A DNA stretch of 53,855 nt from Candidatus Parcubacteria bacterium (GCA_023432475.1 JAEYUN010000011.1:1-53855), one strand, 5' to 3'. Positions 8,599-18,755 are shown, counted from the stretch's first letter. Notes: generated by a model from the sequence alone, not told the origin. Made by a program: numbers and translations.

Positions 8599-9138
8599 TT
8601 ATTTACCTGTCTTTCCTGCCTTGCGAATAATAACTTCGTCGGCATATTTAATACCCTTACCCTTGTATGGTTCGGGTTTCTTAAGGCTACGGATCTCAGC
8701 TGCAACCTGACCAACTTGCTGCTTGGAAATACCGCTGACGGTAATCTCCATCTTGTTGACGGTTAGGTTAACACCTTCGGGAGCTTGGTATTTTACTGGG
8801 TGCGAGAAGCCAAGACTCATTTCAAGACTTTGACCGCCCCCGTTTACGCGGAAACCAACACCGTTGACTTCTAACTTCTTTTCGAAGCCTTTGGTCACGC
8901 CGATAACCATGTTATTGACAAGCGCGCGCATCAGACCATGCTGTGAGCGGGCAATTTTGCTGTCATCTTTTGGAGTGACAGTGAGAACGCCGTCCTTGAC
9001 CTCAACGTTGACGGCTGGCGTGATGAACTGCTTCAGTTCACCTTTGGGACCTTTGACAGTCACATCGCCAGAGTCAACCGTGATTGTCACACCGGACGGA
9101 ATCTCGATTGGTAGTTTTCCGATTCGACTCAGACTCAT
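8599..9138 (-). CDS. rplF: 50S ribosomal protein L6
   Basis: MSLSRIGKLPIEIPSGVTITVDSGDVTVKGPKGEL... Confidence 0.97.
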   Translation of the reverse strand: MSLSRIGKLPIEIPSGVTITVDSGDVTVKGPKGELKQFITPAVNVEVKDGVLTVTPKDDSKIARSQHGLMRALVNNMVIGVTKGFEKKLEVNGVGFRVNGGGQSLEMSLGFSHPVKYQAPEGVNLTVNKMEITVSGISKQQVGQVAAEIRSLKKPEPYKGKGIKYADEVIIRKAGKTGK

Positions 9139-9148
9139 ATTTACTCCT

Positions 9149-9550
9149 TTAATATACTTTCAGTAACAATTCGCCACCAAGGCGTTGTTTAATAGCTTCG
9201 ACGCCAGTCATAACACCTTTTGAAGTGCTGACCAGAATAACGCCACGGCCGTTTTTAATCTTTGGAATATCACTGGCGCCAGCATAAACACGACGACCTG
9301 GCTTGCTGACTCGTTCGATTTCACTAAAGACAGGAGCTTTACCGGCGTTATGAATAGTAATCACCAATTCATCTTGCGGTTCCGCTTTCTCAACTTTGAC
9401 GGCTTCTAGAAAACCGGTTCGAACTAGCTGTTCTGCTATGGTTTGTTTCAGCTTGCTGCTTGGGAGACGAACCTCATTCTTGCCAGCCATACTAGCGTTG
9501 CGAATGCGTGTCAGCATATCTGCGATAGGATCTGTAGATTGTAATGCCAT
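9149..9550 (-). CDS. rpsH: 30S ribosomal protein S8
   Basis: MALQSTDPIADMLTRIRNASMAGKNEVRLPSSKL... Confidence 0.97.
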   Translation of the reverse strand: MALQSTDPIADMLTRIRNASMAGKNEVRLPSSKLKQTIAEQLVRTGFLEAVKVEKAEPQDELVITIHNAGKAPVFSEIERVSKPGRRVYAGASDIPKIKNGRGVILVSTSKGVMTGVEAIKQRLGGELLLKVY

Positions 9551-9560
9551 ATGTTCTCCT

Positions 9561-9830
9561 TTACCAACTTGCTTTCGTTACGCCAGGTATTTCACCTTTC
9601 GATGCATGTTCGCGAAAAGCTAGGCGATCCATGCCGAAACGGCGCATATAACCACGAGGTCGACCAGACTCGGTACTGCGGTTTTTCCAACGAGTGGGAC
9701 TACTGTTCTTTGGCAGTAATTGCAGGCCTTCGGTGTCTCCGGCCCTTTTCAGCTCGGCGCGTTTGGCGGCATACTTCAAAATCATCCGCTGGCGCTTGGC
9801 GTCTTTTGCGATCATAGATTTCTTAGCCAT
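9561..9830 (-). CDS. rpsN: 30S ribosomal protein S14 (89 aa, no Cys zinc-ribbon motif)
   Basis: [28 protein letters not shown]...[26 protein letters not shown]. Confidence 0.96.
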   Translation of the reverse strand: MAKKSMIAKDAKRQRMILKYAAKRAELKRAGDTEGLQLLPKNSSPTRWKNRSTESGRPRGYMRRFGMDRLAFREHASKGEIPGVTKASW

Positions 9831-10405
9831 TATTTATCTCCTTCTTTCTCAAACGGAATGCCAAACTTTTCTAAAAGCGGTCGGCTATGGGCTCGTTTTT
9901 CGGCGTCCATTACGAACGTGATCTGTAATCCGTGCAGGGTCTGAGTATCCTCAAAGTTAAGCTCTGGGAAGATTGACTGTTCCAAGATACCTAGGTTGTA
10001 GTTGCCGGCGCGGTCAAAACCTTTAGCCGGAGCACCGTGAAAATCACGAATCCGTGGCATAGCAACGTTGACTAGTCGATCCAAGAACTCGTACATCCGT
10101 TGACCGCGCAGTGTCACGCTGACGCCGACACGGTTCATACCTTTACGAATCTTGAAAGTTGCGATTGATTTTTTGGCCATACGATCAATTGGTTGTTGAC
10201 CAGTGATTTTACGTAAAGTGTTAACAACAACTTCATGGAAGTGTTTGTCATCTTTGTGCTTGCCGATACCAGAACTTATGACGATTTTCTGCAACTTCGG
10301 TACTTGATTGACGTTGTCTAATTCCAGCTCTTTAACCAGTTCGCCGACGAATTGGTCACGATAGAGAGCCTTAAGGCGTGGTTCGTATGTAGTTGTTTTA
10401 GCCAT
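9830..10405 (-). CDS. rplE: 50S ribosomal protein L5
   Basis: ...[40 protein letters not shown]... Confidence 0.97.
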   Translation of the reverse strand: MAKTTTYEPRLKALYRDQFVGELVKELELDNVNQVPKLQKIVISSGIGKHKDDKHFHEVVVNTLRKITGQQPIDRMAKKSIATFKIRKGMNRVGVSVTLRGQRMYEFLDRLVNVAMPRIRDFHGAPAKGFDRAGNYNLGILEQSIFPELNFEDTQTLHGLQITFVMDAEKRAHSRPLLEKFGIPFEKEGDK

Positions 10406-10729
10406 TTAAGCGATCTCCTTTCCTGACTTCTTAGCGATACGGGTCTTTTTACCTTCTTTATTAAGCTTGTAACCGACTCGGCTGGTTTTGCTTTTAGCTT
10501 CGTCTACTACTAAAGCGACGTTACTGAGTGGCAAGCCTTTATGGACCTCTTTAGTGCCACCGCGCGGCTGTAAGCGATTAGGTCGGACATGACGCTTGAT
10601 TGAGCCAATGCCTTCGAGATAAACTACAGCCTTGTTGGCATCAGTACTTTCAACTTTGGCGACTTTGCCTTTGTGGCTTCCGGCTATGACTTTCACTAGG
10701 TCGCCTTTTTTAATACGGAGTGTAGACAT
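10406..10729 (-). CDS. rplX: 50S ribosomal protein L24
   Basis: MSTLRIKKGDLVKVIAGSHKGKVAKV...; KOW motif. Confidence 0.96.
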   Translation of the reverse strand: MSTLRIKKGDLVKVIAGSHKGKVAKVESTDANKAVVYLEGIGSIKRHVRPNRLQPRGGTKEVHKGLPLSNVALVVDEAKSKTSRVGYKLNKEGKKTRIAKKSGKEIA

Positions 10730-10730
10730 G

Positions 10731-11099
10731 TTAGAGTACCTCCGGTGCTAAGCTGATTATTTTGGCGTAACCAAGGTCACGCAGCTCGCGGGGAACAGGT
10801 CCGAAGACGCGAGTAGCACGTGGCTGCTTGCTATCGTCCACTATAACGGCGGCATTCTCATCGAAACAGATGGTGGAGCCGTCTTTGCGGCGAATCTTGT
10901 CGGTCGTACGAACGACGACGGCTTTAACTACTGATTTTTTCTTGACTGTACCGCTTGGGTTAGCGTCTTTAACTGTGGCGACGATAATATCGCCAACTCG
11001 GGCATAACGACGGCGAGTACCACCAAGTACGCGAATACAGAGAATCGACTTTGCACCACTATTATCAGCGACCTTTAGGCGTGATTCTTGTTGAATCAT
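10731..11099 (-). CDS. rplN: 50S ribosomal protein L14
   Basis: [44 protein letters not shown]... Confidence 0.98.
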   Translation of the reverse strand: MIQQESRLKVADNSGAKSILCIRVLGGTRRRYARVGDIIVATVKDANPSGTVKKKSVVKAVVVRTTDKIRRKDGSTICFDENAAVIVDDSKQPRATRVFGPVPRELRDLGYAKIISLAPEVL

Positions 11100-11419
11100 A
11101 CTTCACCCTCCTCTTGGTTGGCCTCTTTTTTGTGCTCAAGCTCGGTGACGATCTCTTCTTCCTTAAGCTCAACTTGGGCGTGGCCGGCTTCGACAACACG
11201 GACTAATTTCCAGGTTTTGTTCTTGGAGAATGGACGAGATTCGACCAATTCGACAACGTCACCTTTCTTAGCCTGGTTATCTTCGTCATGCGCTGTATAT
11301 TTGCGAGTGACTGTGTATTGTTTGCCGTAGACGGGATGCGTCTCGCGGCTAGTTTGGGTCACGACGATGGTCTTGTCTTGAATATCAGACGTAACAACGC
11401 CGGTTAGTTTGACTGCCAT
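11096..11419 (-). CDS. rpsQ: 30S ribosomal protein S17 (acidic C-terminal extension)
   Basis: I prefer the ATG at 11419 ([12 protein letters not shown]...), 9 nt after AGGAGG. The ORF-track ATG at 11428 sits directly against the SD. Confidence 0.9.
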   Translation of the reverse strand: MAVKLTGVVTSDIQDKTIVVTQTSRETHPVYGKQYTVTRKYTAHDEDNQAKKGDVVELVESRPFSKNKTWKLVRVVEAGHAQVELKEEEIVTELEHKKEANQEEGEV

Positions 11420-11420
11420 G

Positions 11421-11702
11421 TTAGGCATCCTCCTTTCCTGGGGCTAAACGTGCCTGCTCGACTATAACAGTTTGGATGCGGGCAATTAATTTCTTATAGG
11501 TGGATATGACATTCGGGTTCACTAGTTCACCGGCTGCCAGTGAACGTCGCGCGCTGGCTAGATCATCACGAACAGTCTTCAGGTCTGCAACCAAGGCTTT
11601 GATGTCTTTGTTGCGCAAGTCTTTAGTTTCGTAACTAACCTTAGTCGTTTTCACGCTAGCTTTTTTGTCAGCCACTTTGGTAGCTTTGGTTTCTTTAGCC
11701 AT
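11421..11702 (-). CDS. rpmC: 50S ribosomal protein L29 (Lys-rich N-terminal extension)
   Basis: ...LRNKDIKALVADLKTVRDDLASARRSLAAGELVNPNVISTYKKLIARIQT...; lies between rplP and rpsQ. Confidence 0.93.
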   Translation of the reverse strand: MAKETKATKVADKKASVKTTKVSYETKDLRNKDIKALVADLKTVRDDLASARRSLAAGELVNPNVISTYKKLIARIQTVIVEQARLAPGKEDA

Positions 11703-11703
11703 C

Positions 11704-12117
11704 TTAAGCTTCCTCCCTCATAATAAAGCGCGTCTTCACCGGTAACTTGTGTGCCGCTAGGCGCATAGCTTCGCGAGCAGTTACCTCATCGACACCCTTC
11801 ATCTCGAACATAACAGTACCGGTCTTAACTTTGGCAACGAAAAATTCTGGGTTACCTTTGCCGCTACCCATCTTAACGTCGAGCGGCTTTCTAGTGACTG
11901 GAGTGTGCGGGAAAATTCGAATCCAAATCTTACCACCGCGTTTAATGTAACGGGTCATGGCTTGACGAGCTGATTCTATCTGACGTGAAGTGATGCGTTC
12001 GTTACTCAAGCTTTGCAGACCGTAGTTACCAAAGGCTAAGTAGTTGGACCTAGTGGCGACGCCGTCGTTTTTGCCTTTACGAACCTTACGGAACTTGGTT
12101 TTCTTCGGTAGTAACAT
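11704..12117 (-). CDS. rplP: 50S ribosomal protein L16
   Basis: [35 protein letters not shown]... Confidence 0.98.
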   Translation of the reverse strand: MLLPKKTKFRKVRKGKNDGVATRSNYLAFGNYGLQSLSNERITSRQIESARQAMTRYIKRGGKIWIRIFPHTPVTRKPLDVKMGSGKGNPEFFVAKVKTGTVMFEMKGVDEVTAREAMRLAAHKLPVKTRFIMREEA

Positions 12118-12120
12118 GGC

Positions 12121-12750
12121 CTAGTTCCTCTCTCCCTTATAAATCCATACTTTGACACCAATAGTGCCTGCTGGGGTTTTAGCGGTAGCATTGTGGTAGT
12201 CGATGTCGGCTCGCAGAGTGTGGAGCGGCACCGAACCCTGGATCAATTTCTCGCGTCGACTCATTTCCGCACCGTTAAGACGACCGGCAACTTCGATACG
12301 AATCCCTTTAGCACCAGCATTCATGGTGTTCTGGGCCGACATTTTGGTGGCACGACGGAAGTTTATACGACGCTCTAACTGACGAGCGATGTTTTCAGCC
12401 ACGAGCTTGGCGGCTAATTCTGGGCGTTTAACTTCTTCGATATTGATACGTACAGGCATTTTGACAATTTTTTCAATGTCATCTTTAACTTCTTGAACAC
12501 CGGCACCACCGCGACCAATAACCACACCGGCTTTGCTGGTATGTATTGTTATGGTGACAAGGTTGGCGGAACGTTCAATCTCAATGCCATTGATAACTGC
12601 TCGAGTTTCGAAACGTTTCTCGACGGCTTTACGAATGGCGATGTCTTCTTGCAGCCATGCAACGTATTCTTTGCGTGTGGCAAACCAGCGAGAACGCCAG
12701 TTCTTGTTTACCTGCAAACGCATGCTTATAGGATTGACTTTTTGGCCCAT
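12121..12750 (-). CDS. rpsC: 30S ribosomal protein S3
   Basis: MGQKVNPISMRLQVNKNWRSRWFA...; KH domain GRGGAGVQEV. Confidence 0.98.
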   Translation of the reverse strand: MGQKVNPISMRLQVNKNWRSRWFATRKEYVAWLQEDIAIRKAVEKRFETRAVINGIEIERSANLVTITIHTSKAGVVIGRGGAGVQEVKDDIEKIVKMPVRINIEEVKRPELAAKLVAENIARQLERRINFRRATKMSAQNTMNAGAKGIRIEVAGRLNGAEMSRREKLIQGSVPLHTLRADIDYHNATAKTPAGTIGVKVWIYKGERN

Positions 12751-12751
12751 A

Positions 12752-13141
12752 TTATTTAACCTCTTCCTTCTTCACGCTGGCTTTCGGCGTCTTCTTCGGT
12801 TTAGCAGTGCCGGCGACGACTACGCGGACATTACTGCTCTTGCGTTGGAACGGTAAAGCGCGACCATGAGCAGCAGGGCGATAGCGTTTGAGACGTTCAC
12901 CCGCGGTAACTGCAATTGTTTGGATAATAAGGTCTTTTTCTTGCAGGCCATGGTTATTAGTAGCATTGCTACGAGCGCTTTCTATCACTTTAGCGATAGG
13001 CTTAGCGGCACGCTTGGGCGTATGCTCAAGTATAACCAGGGCTTCGGCAACCTTGCGACCACGTACCAGGCTGGCGACCAGGCTAACTTTGCGAGGGGCA
13101 AGACGAAGACCTTTGAGGTAAGCTATTGCTGTCTTGTCCAT
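12752..13141 (-). CDS. rplV: 50S ribosomal protein L22 (Lys-rich C-terminal tail)
   Basis: Start chosen at ATG 13141 (MDKTAIAYLKGLRLAPRKVSLV...), adjacent to the rpsS stop at 13143. The ORF-track extension to 13222 would overlap rpsS. Confidence 0.92.
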   Translation of the reverse strand: MDKTAIAYLKGLRLAPRKVSLVASLVRGRKVAEALVILEHTPKRAAKPIAKVIESARSNATNNHGLQEKDLIIQTIAVTAGERLKRYRPAAHGRALPFQRKSSNVRVVVAGTAKPKKTPKASVKKEEVK

Positions 13142-13142
13142 A

Positions 13143-13406
13143 CTACTTCGCCTTTCCGCCATGTTTACGGAATTTACGAGTCGGGCTAAACTCACCGAGT
13201 TTATGACCAACCATATTTTCACTTATATAAACCGGTACGTGCATTCGTCCGTTGTGGATAGCAATAGTGCGACCAACCATCTCGGGTGAGATAGTGCTGG
13301 CGCGTGCCCAGGTCTTGATAACAGTACGATCGTCTGAGCCGAGAGCCGCCACTTTTCTGGCAAGCTTGGCGTCAACGAACGGGCCTTTTTTGAGACTTCG
13401 GCTCAT
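13143..13406 (-). CDS. rpsS: 30S ribosomal protein S19
   Basis: [19 protein letters not shown]...[33 protein letters not shown]. Confidence 0.98.
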   Translation of the reverse strand: MSRSLKKGPFVDAKLARKVAALGSDDRTVIKTWARASTISPEMVGRTIAIHNGRMHVPVYISENMVGHKLGEFSPTRKFRKHGGKAK

Positions 13407-13407
13407 A

Positions 13408-14250
13408 TTAACCTCTCTTCCTCTTCGCGTCGTGGCGACTTCTTACAATCATATTATTAGTACTCTTGCGAGTGCGTGTTCGATAACCTAGCGTCAGTTG
13501 ACCCCATGGTGTCCGTGGCGCCTTGCCGGTGCCGTGACGACCACCGTCACCACCACCGTGGGGGTGATCAGCGGCGTTCATAACAACACCACGCACCGAC
13601 GGGCGAATGCCCATACGACGTTTACGGCCAGCCGAACCGATTTTGACATTTTGGTGTTGTTCATTACCGACCACACCTATAGTAGCCATGCACTCCAAAC
13701 GGAATTTACGAACTTCACCACTGGGCATACGGACAAGAGCATGGTCACCCTCTTTAGCCATTAACTGAGCTTTGGTGCCAGCTGATCGAACAGCTTGAGC
13801 GCCTTTACCGGGCTGAAGCTCAATAGCGTATACCTGAGTACCAGTCGGAATATTTGCAAGCGGCAGGCGGCTGTCAGGCTCGACGGGTGCCTTAGCACCG
13901 CTCTTAATCTTTGCACCGACAGACATACCTTTGCTGGCGATGATGTAGTGATAAAGGCCATGTTGGTCTTTAACGCGAGCGATCCTGGCAGAACGGTTAG
14001 GATCATATTCGATATGTTCAACTACGCCTTCAAAACCTTCACCGAGGTTGTGATTTACTAAGCGATAAAACTGCTTAACACCGGCGCCACGATGACGAGT
14101 TGTGATTCGCCCTTGGTTATTACGCCCGGCGGTTGATTTTTTGACTTTGACAAGACTCTTGACAGGCTTCTTGGTAGTGATATCCGAGAAATCCTGGCTG
14201 GTCATGCCGCGTCGGCCGTTAGTAGTTGGTTTGTATGCTTGAATAGCCAT
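13408..14250 (-). CDS. rplB: 50S ribosomal protein L2
   Basis: [21 protein letters not shown]...[28 protein letters not shown]. Confidence 0.98.
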   Translation of the reverse strand: MAIQAYKPTTNGRRGMTSQDFSDITTKKPVKSLVKVKKSTAGRNNQGRITTRHRGAGVKQFYRLVNHNLGEGFEGVVEHIEYDPNRSARIARVKDQHGLYHYIIASKGMSVGAKIKSGAKAPVEPDSRLPLANIPTGTQVYAIELQPGKGAQAVRSAGTKAQLMAKEGDHALVRMPSGEVRKFRLECMATIGVVGNEQHQNVKIGSAGRKRRMGIRPSVRGVVMNAADHPHGGGDGGRHGTGKAPRTPWGQLTLGYRTRTRKSTNNMIVRSRHDAKRKRG

Positions 14251-14558
14251 TACTTCTTCTCCTCACTAGCTTCGTTCTCATTGAAAAGGTTCAATTTATG
14301 ACCCTCTTCTAGTCGAACATAGACTTTCTTGGTGTCGTGACGATTGGCCGTAACCGGCATCGCCCGCTTGCCGCGGCTCGATCGGACGGCTTTGCCTTTA
14401 GCGACAACAGGTCGGATATCAGCTACCTTAACTTGGTAGTCAGCTTCGATAGCCAGTCTAACTTCGGCTTTATTGGCGCTGGTTGGTACGGTGAAAACGT
14501 AGGTGCCGTTCTGAGCGCTTAAGTAAGCTTTCTCGGAAATCTTAGGAGTAACTATCAT
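14250..14558 (-). CDS. rplW: 50S ribosomal protein L23
   Basis: MIVTPKISEKAYLSAQNGTYVFTVPTSANKAEV...; lies between rplD and rplB. Confidence 0.95.
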   Translation of the reverse strand: MIVTPKISEKAYLSAQNGTYVFTVPTSANKAEVRLAIEADYQVKVADIRPVVAKGKAVRSSRGKRAMPVTANRHDTKKVYVRLEEGHKLNLFNENEASEEKK

Positions 14559-15160
14559 TATTTTGTCTCCTTTCCGAGCCAGTTCTTAACCGTCTCAAGT
14601 GCTGAATTTTCTATCAGTATAACGTCGGCGTTAAGCACATCGAAGACGTTTAGATAGTGGGCGCTCAACACTTTAATTTGGTTAATGTTGTTAGTCGCGC
14701 GGCGAACGTTTTCGTCTTTCGTGCTAACAACCAGCAACACGCGAGCCTCAGGATTAACCTTATGAGCTGTAAGTAAGGCGATTGCTTCCTTAGCTTTACC
14801 AGTCGTGGCGCTAAACTCGTCTATGACGGTCATTTTTTTAGCTTTGTTGGCTAGAGTCAAAGCTTGACGCAAAGCGACACGCTTCGAAACGACACTGAGC
14901 TTTTTAGTATAGTTTTGGTCACCTGTCGGACCGAAAGCGATGCCACCGCCACGCCAAATCGGATTGCGGGAGCTACCGAAGCGAGCACGCCCGGTACCTT
15001 TTTGCTTCCATGGTTTCTTACCGCCACCGCTAACTTCACCACGTTTTTTAGTCCTGGCTTGTGCACTGCGGGCGTTTGCTAAATAAGCATCGTAGGCAAC
15101 TTTCAGCAATTCATGATTGGTCACTTCTACATTGAAAATGTCTTTTGGTAGGTCGGCCAT
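14558..15160 (-). CDS. rplD: 50S ribosomal protein L4
   Basis: ...RGEVSGGGKKPWKQKGTGRARFGSSRNPIWRGGGIAFGP... Confidence 0.97.
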   Translation of the reverse strand: MADLPKDIFNVEVTNHELLKVAYDAYLANARSAQARTKKRGEVSGGGKKPWKQKGTGRARFGSSRNPIWRGGGIAFGPTGDQNYTKKLSVVSKRVALRQALTLANKAKKMTVIDEFSATTGKAKEAIALLTAHKVNPEARVLLVVSTKDENVRRATNNINQIKVLSAHYLNVFDVLNADVILIENSALETVKNWLGKETK

Positions 15161-15162
15161 AT

Positions 15163-15777
15163 TTATTTCTCCTCTCCGCGGATTCTCACCATGCCGCGAC
15201 GCGGACCTGGCACTGCGCCTTTTAGACCAATGACACCCTCTTTGGCGTCGACATACATAACAGTCAGATTTTTAACGGTAACTTGTTCATGGCCCATACG
15301 TCCAGCCATAGTCTTACCCTTGAAGACTTTCTGCGGATACATACTGCCGATTGAACCGACTTTGCGGGTATCGCCTTTACCACCATGAGTTTTGCGTTGA
15401 CGATTGTAGTTATGGCGTTTGATAGTACCGGCAAAACCCTTGCCCTTACTAACTCCAGTGACATCGACGTTGTCACCAATCGTAAACAGGCTGACGTCAA
15501 ATTGATCGCCAACCTTCATTTCATCCGAGTCACCGACTCGAACTTCTTGTAAATGTTTTGGTGTTATGCCGGCGTTTTTAACGTGGCCGGTCACGGCATT
15601 GCTCAGGTTCTTACCCTCACCATAACCTAGTTGCACCGCTGTGTAACCGTCTTTTTCGACGGTTTTCACCTGAGTCACGGTGACTGGGCCGGCTTTGACA
15701 AGCGTTACAGCAGTAGCTGCGCCGTCTTCGCCGAGGATTTGGGTCATACCAATTTTGGTACCGAGTAGGGTCTTCAT
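15163..15777 (-). CDS. rplC: 50S ribosomal protein L3
   Basis: Start chosen at ATG 15777 (MKTLLGTKIGMTQILGEDG...), after GGGAAAGGGA. The ORF-track start at 15795 is a GTG inside that SD-like stretch. Confidence 0.93.
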   Translation of the reverse strand: MKTLLGTKIGMTQILGEDGAATAVTLVKAGPVTVTQVKTVEKDGYTAVQLGYGEGKNLSNAVTGHVKNAGITPKHLQEVRVGDSDEMKVGDQFDVSLFTIGDNVDVTGVSKGKGFAGTIKRHNYNRQRKTHGGKGDTRKVGSIGSMYPQKVFKGKTMAGRMGHEQVTVKNLTVMYVDAKEGVIGLKGAVPGPRRGMVRIRGEEK

Positions 15778-15882
15778 GAGACGTCCCTTTCCCACTTAAA
15801 ATTCTTGGCAACTGGTGGTATCTGAACGTGCAGACCTGCCGATTTACCAAGAAACTTGATATTTCTTAAAAGTAACTGATTG

Positions 15883-15912
15883 ATTTTACCAAAGATACTA
15901 CCAGTTTGTCAA
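15883..15912 (-). promoter_or_regulatory. promoter TTGACA-18-TAAAAT for the rplC...rplO block
   Basis: Minus strand: TTGACA (15912-15907) aactggtagtatctttgg TAAAAT (15888-15883). This leaves a leader of about 100 nt before the rplC ATG. Confidence 0.6.
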
Positions 15913-15932
15913 CAGATATGACGCTGGAATTA

Positions 15933-16799
15933 TCACAACCTGGAGTAGGCAGCGCCAATTTGGGACTGCGTGGCACTTAAAGCCGTCTCAAAATCCTCAG
16001 CTGAAGCTCTAATATCTCCGTACGCGCCGGATAATTTATCCCTGGCACTAACAAAGCTAGCGCTGTCGCGTGCGTTAGTGGCAGCAACCAGTTCTATCCA
16101 TAAACCCCAAACAACCCGAACTCGGTTGCGTAGTAGTTCGTGAGTCGGCTGAAAAGATGGCGAAACACTCAGTGAACCAAGGCTATCATTTAACGCCTGC
16201 CAGTTGTCTCTCTGGGATGATAAGACTGCAAACCTATCGGGTACCGACTCAGTGATCGGTCCAAGCAGGGGCCCTAATTCCTCTAAATATGCGGTTTGAA
16301 ATTGTAAATCACTAAGGGCGGCTATAAAAGCTTCAACGCTGCTTCGATAAGCCGTGCAGTTGTCATAAGCTTGTTTAGAGCGCGGATATAAAGAGGCGAA
16401 ATTGTCTAAAAAACCCCCTGGACACAGTGATTTGCTGGAAGACTCAAATTTTTGAATGAACTCTCCAATCAACCGGGAACTAAGTTGAGGCTGTTTAAGC
16501 GCTGGGGCGATATCCTGCGTAACTATTTCCTGAACACGAGAACGTGTCGCGCTAACAGACGACTCGTATCCTAGACGCACAATTTCAAGTACCAGAAGCA
16601 TCAATAGTACAAGCGCAACCAAGCTTGTTATCAGCCAGCGCCAAGGCAACCGAATTTTTCTTCTCGAGCGATGTAGTGGCTGCGTTGGTGTTTTAGGCAA
16701 TGGCGCTCGGTCGACCACAGGCGTAAGTGACACTTCAGGCTTGGCGTCATCTTCGACTATCTGTTGATGGCCACGGCGATTAGTGAAAATCTCGCTCAT
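15933..16799 (-). CDS. hypothetical membrane-anchored protein, 288 aa (one TM, helical ectodomain)
   Basis: ...RRKIRLPWRWLITSLVALVLLMLLVLEIVRLGY... is followed by a long non-repetitive soluble region. The start overlaps the upstream 73-aa gene's stop (ATGA). Confidence 0.7.
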   Translation of the reverse strand: MSEIFTNRRGHQQIVEDDAKPEVSLTPVVDRAPLPKTPTQPLHRSRRKIRLPWRWLITSLVALVLLMLLVLEIVRLGYESSVSATRSRVQEIVTQDIAPALKQPQLSSRLIGEFIQKFESSSKSLCPGGFLDNFASLYPRSKQAYDNCTAYRSSVEAFIAALSDLQFQTAYLEELGPLLGPITESVPDRFAVLSSQRDNWQALNDSLGSLSVSPSFQPTHELLRNRVRVVWGLWIELVAATNARDSASFVSARDKLSGAYGDIRASAEDFETALSATQSQIGAAYSRL

Positions 16800-17017
16800 T
16801 CGGCAGCTCCGTTGAGCCAGATAGGCACCGCTACGTTGGGCACTTCAACCTGGCGGAGCAATTCAAGCGGTTGGTTCACTAAGGGTTGAAGGCATAAATC
16901 CATAGCCTCACAGGTTTTAACTCGCTCGGCACCAACCGCGCTAAAGCCTAGTAGTACAACCACTACTATAGCTGCAACACCGGCTATTGGTATGAAACGA
17001 GGAAAGCGCTGTTTCAT
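16796..17017 (-). CDS. hypothetical small membrane-anchored protein, 73 aa
   Basis: Start chosen at ATG 17017 (MKQRFPRFIPIAGVAAIVVVVLLGFSAVG...). The ORF-track start at 17077 would overlap the divergent vanY-like gene. Confidence 0.55.
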   Translation of the reverse strand: MKQRFPRFIPIAGVAAIVVVVLLGFSAVGAERVKTCEAMDLCLQPLVNQPLELLRQVEVPNVAVPIWLNGAAE

Positions 17018-17025
17018 ACTTCTAC

Positions 17026-17033
17026 TGTATACT
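17026..17033. promoter_or_regulatory. shared palindromic -10 (TGTATACT) for two divergent, apparently leaderless genes
   Basis: Plus strand: TATACT (17028-17033), 7 nt, then ATG 17041. Minus strand: TATACA (17031-17026), 8 nt, then ATG 17017. Only 23 nt separate the two start codons. Confidence 0.4.
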
Positions 17034-17040
17034 ACTAAGT

Positions 17041-17856
17041 ATGAAAAAACGAGTCGCGTTAATGGTTGTTTTAGCAACCGTAGTATGTGGCTTAGTCCTC
17101 ATCTATCTAATGGCTAAACCGGCCTTGGCTCCAAAGGTAAATCGTCAGCCGGAGCTGCTCCAAAATACCCCTAGAAAAATAACACTCACTCTACCTGGCG
17201 CTTCACCGATTGACGCTCCAGTAGAAGATTATAATCACCCTTCTAGCGTGTGGGTTGTCGTCAGTAAAGACCACCCGCTGAGCGAACAACAATACCGAGC
17301 TGACGATCTTCAGCTAATTACCTCCGTCAAGACACGCCCTGGTAAGTCAGCCGAGGAACGATCACTGCGAGCGGTTCTCGTAAAAGACCTTAATGATTTA
17401 TTTGCAGCCGCCCAACAGGCTGGTTATGACTTTATGATCAGTTCAGGGTACAGATCTTATAACACGCAGGCCAGTCTGTATAATAGTTATGTTGGTCGGT
17501 CTGGTGAAATGGTCGCAAATACATATAGCGCCAAGCCTGGCCAAAGCGAGCACCAAACCGGACTAGCCTTTGACATTCGTCTGTCTTCTGGCGCCTGCTA
17601 CCTGGATATTTGCTTTGGTGACATGCCGGCTGGCCGCTGGCTGGCCGAGGAAGCTACGAATTATGGCTTTATCATCCGCTACCCGGCTGACAAAACAGCT
17701 ATAACCAAGTATCAATATGAACCGTGGCACCTGCGGTACGTCGGCCAGTCCTTAGCCAAGGCTCTTAAAAAGAGTGGCTTAACTCTCGATGAAGCTCGTC
17801 CATATCTGCAACATGCCCGAGACGAACTTATTAAAGAAAACTTAATTAGTGAGTAA
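17041..17856 (+). CDS. D-alanyl-D-alanine carboxypeptidase, VanY / peptidase M15B family, membrane-anchored (copy 1)
   Basis: N-terminal TM segment, then SGYRSYNTQASLY...SEHQTGLAFDI...EPWHLRYVG, the Zn-binding H-x-x-x-x-x-x-D and (E/D)xWH motifs of VanY-type peptidases. Confidence 0.85.
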   Translation: MKKRVALMVVLATVVCGLVLIYLMAKPALAPKVNRQPELLQNTPRKITLTLPGASPIDAPVEDYNHPSSVWVVVSKDHPLSEQQYRADDLQLITSVKTRPGKSAEERSLRAVLVKDLNDLFAAAQQAGYDFMISSGYRSYNTQASLYNSYVGRSGEMVANTYSAKPGQSEHQTGLAFDIRLSSGACYLDICFGDMPAGRWLAEEATNYGFIIRYPADKTAITKYQYEPWHLRYVGQSLAKALKKSGLTLDEARPYLQHARDELIKENLISE

Positions 17857-17862
17857 GTTTTT

Positions 17863-18684
17863 ATGAAACCATATATTTATTCGAACCAACGCGCCCTCAA
17901 TCTACCAACTAAGTCTAGTTCTAAACCAAGATTAACTTGGCTAGTTTTGCTGTCCGGGGCTTTTTTGGTGTGGTTTTGGCCCACTAAAACGACGCTAGAA
18001 TATCAGTACGACGAAATCATGAAGGCTGCTAAGACTCAACCAAGCGTCGCTGCTCAAGCCGAAATCGGCAACCTAAAGATAAATATACCGGATTGGTCAT
18101 TTTTCAAAGACGGCGCCATCTGGAGTTTAGTCAACAAACAGGCTCAACTATCTAACCGATTTACGCCCGACCTGGTCGACTCGCCTATCGAGCACACTGG
18201 AAACAGCATGAAAGTTGCCGTGCAGATGTCTGGTAAACTAGAAGCCCTTCACCAAGCAGCTACCAGAGAAGGTGTTAGGTTAATGCTATCGAGTGCTTAT
18301 CGCTCGGCTAATGACCAACAGGCTATATACGACAGCTATTTACGTAGCCATGGACAGGCATACGTAAATGATTATGTCGCCCGCCCCGGAACCAGCGAGC
18401 ACCAGACTGGACTTGCGGTCGACATATCTAGTTATTCGTCGGCTTGCAAGGCGCAGGCATCCCAGTGCAGCCTGGACTTTAGTGCTATAAGCTGGCTCCG
18501 CAACAACGCGAGCAAGTTCGGCTTTATACAACGCTATCCAAGCGGCAAGCAGTCTATCACAGGCGTGGCTGGTGAGGCGTGGCATTACCGTTACGTCGGT
18601 ACTGAACTAGCAAAACTATTAACCAGCAGCAACCTCACCTTAGATGAGTTCGTTGCGCAAATCGCTCCAGGTTATGCTAAATAA
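17863..18684 (+). CDS. D-alanyl-D-alanine carboxypeptidase, VanY / peptidase M15B family, membrane-anchored (copy 2, tandem paralog)
   Basis: SAYRSANDQQAIY...SEHQTGLAVDI...EAWHYRYVG; same motif set and similar length to copy 1. Confidence 0.85.
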   Translation: MKPYIYSNQRALNLPTKSSSKPRLTWLVLLSGAFLVWFWPTKTTLEYQYDEIMKAAKTQPSVAAQAEIGNLKINIPDWSFFKDGAIWSLVNKQAQLSNRFTPDLVDSPIEHTGNSMKVAVQMSGKLEALHQAATREGVRLMLSSAYRSANDQQAIYDSYLRSHGQAYVNDYVARPGTSEHQTGLAVDISSYSSACKAQASQCSLDFSAISWLRNNASKFGFIQRYPSGKQSITGVAGEAWHYRYVGTELAKLLTSSNLTLDEFVAQIAPGYAK

Positions 18685-18734
18685 ATTCTCAACATACTCT
18701 GCTAGTTATACTAGAATTAAGTGATATGATATGT

Positions 18735-18742
18735 TGTAATAT
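18735..18742 (+). promoter_or_regulatory. -10 region TGTAATAT of the 92-aa orphan gene
   Basis: gtTGTAATATAgcTACACC closely resembles the -10 region of the orphan gene at 20042 (gtTGTAATATAagtatagTACACC). I found no good -35. Confidence 0.45.
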
Positions 18743-18755
18743 AGCTACACCTACC

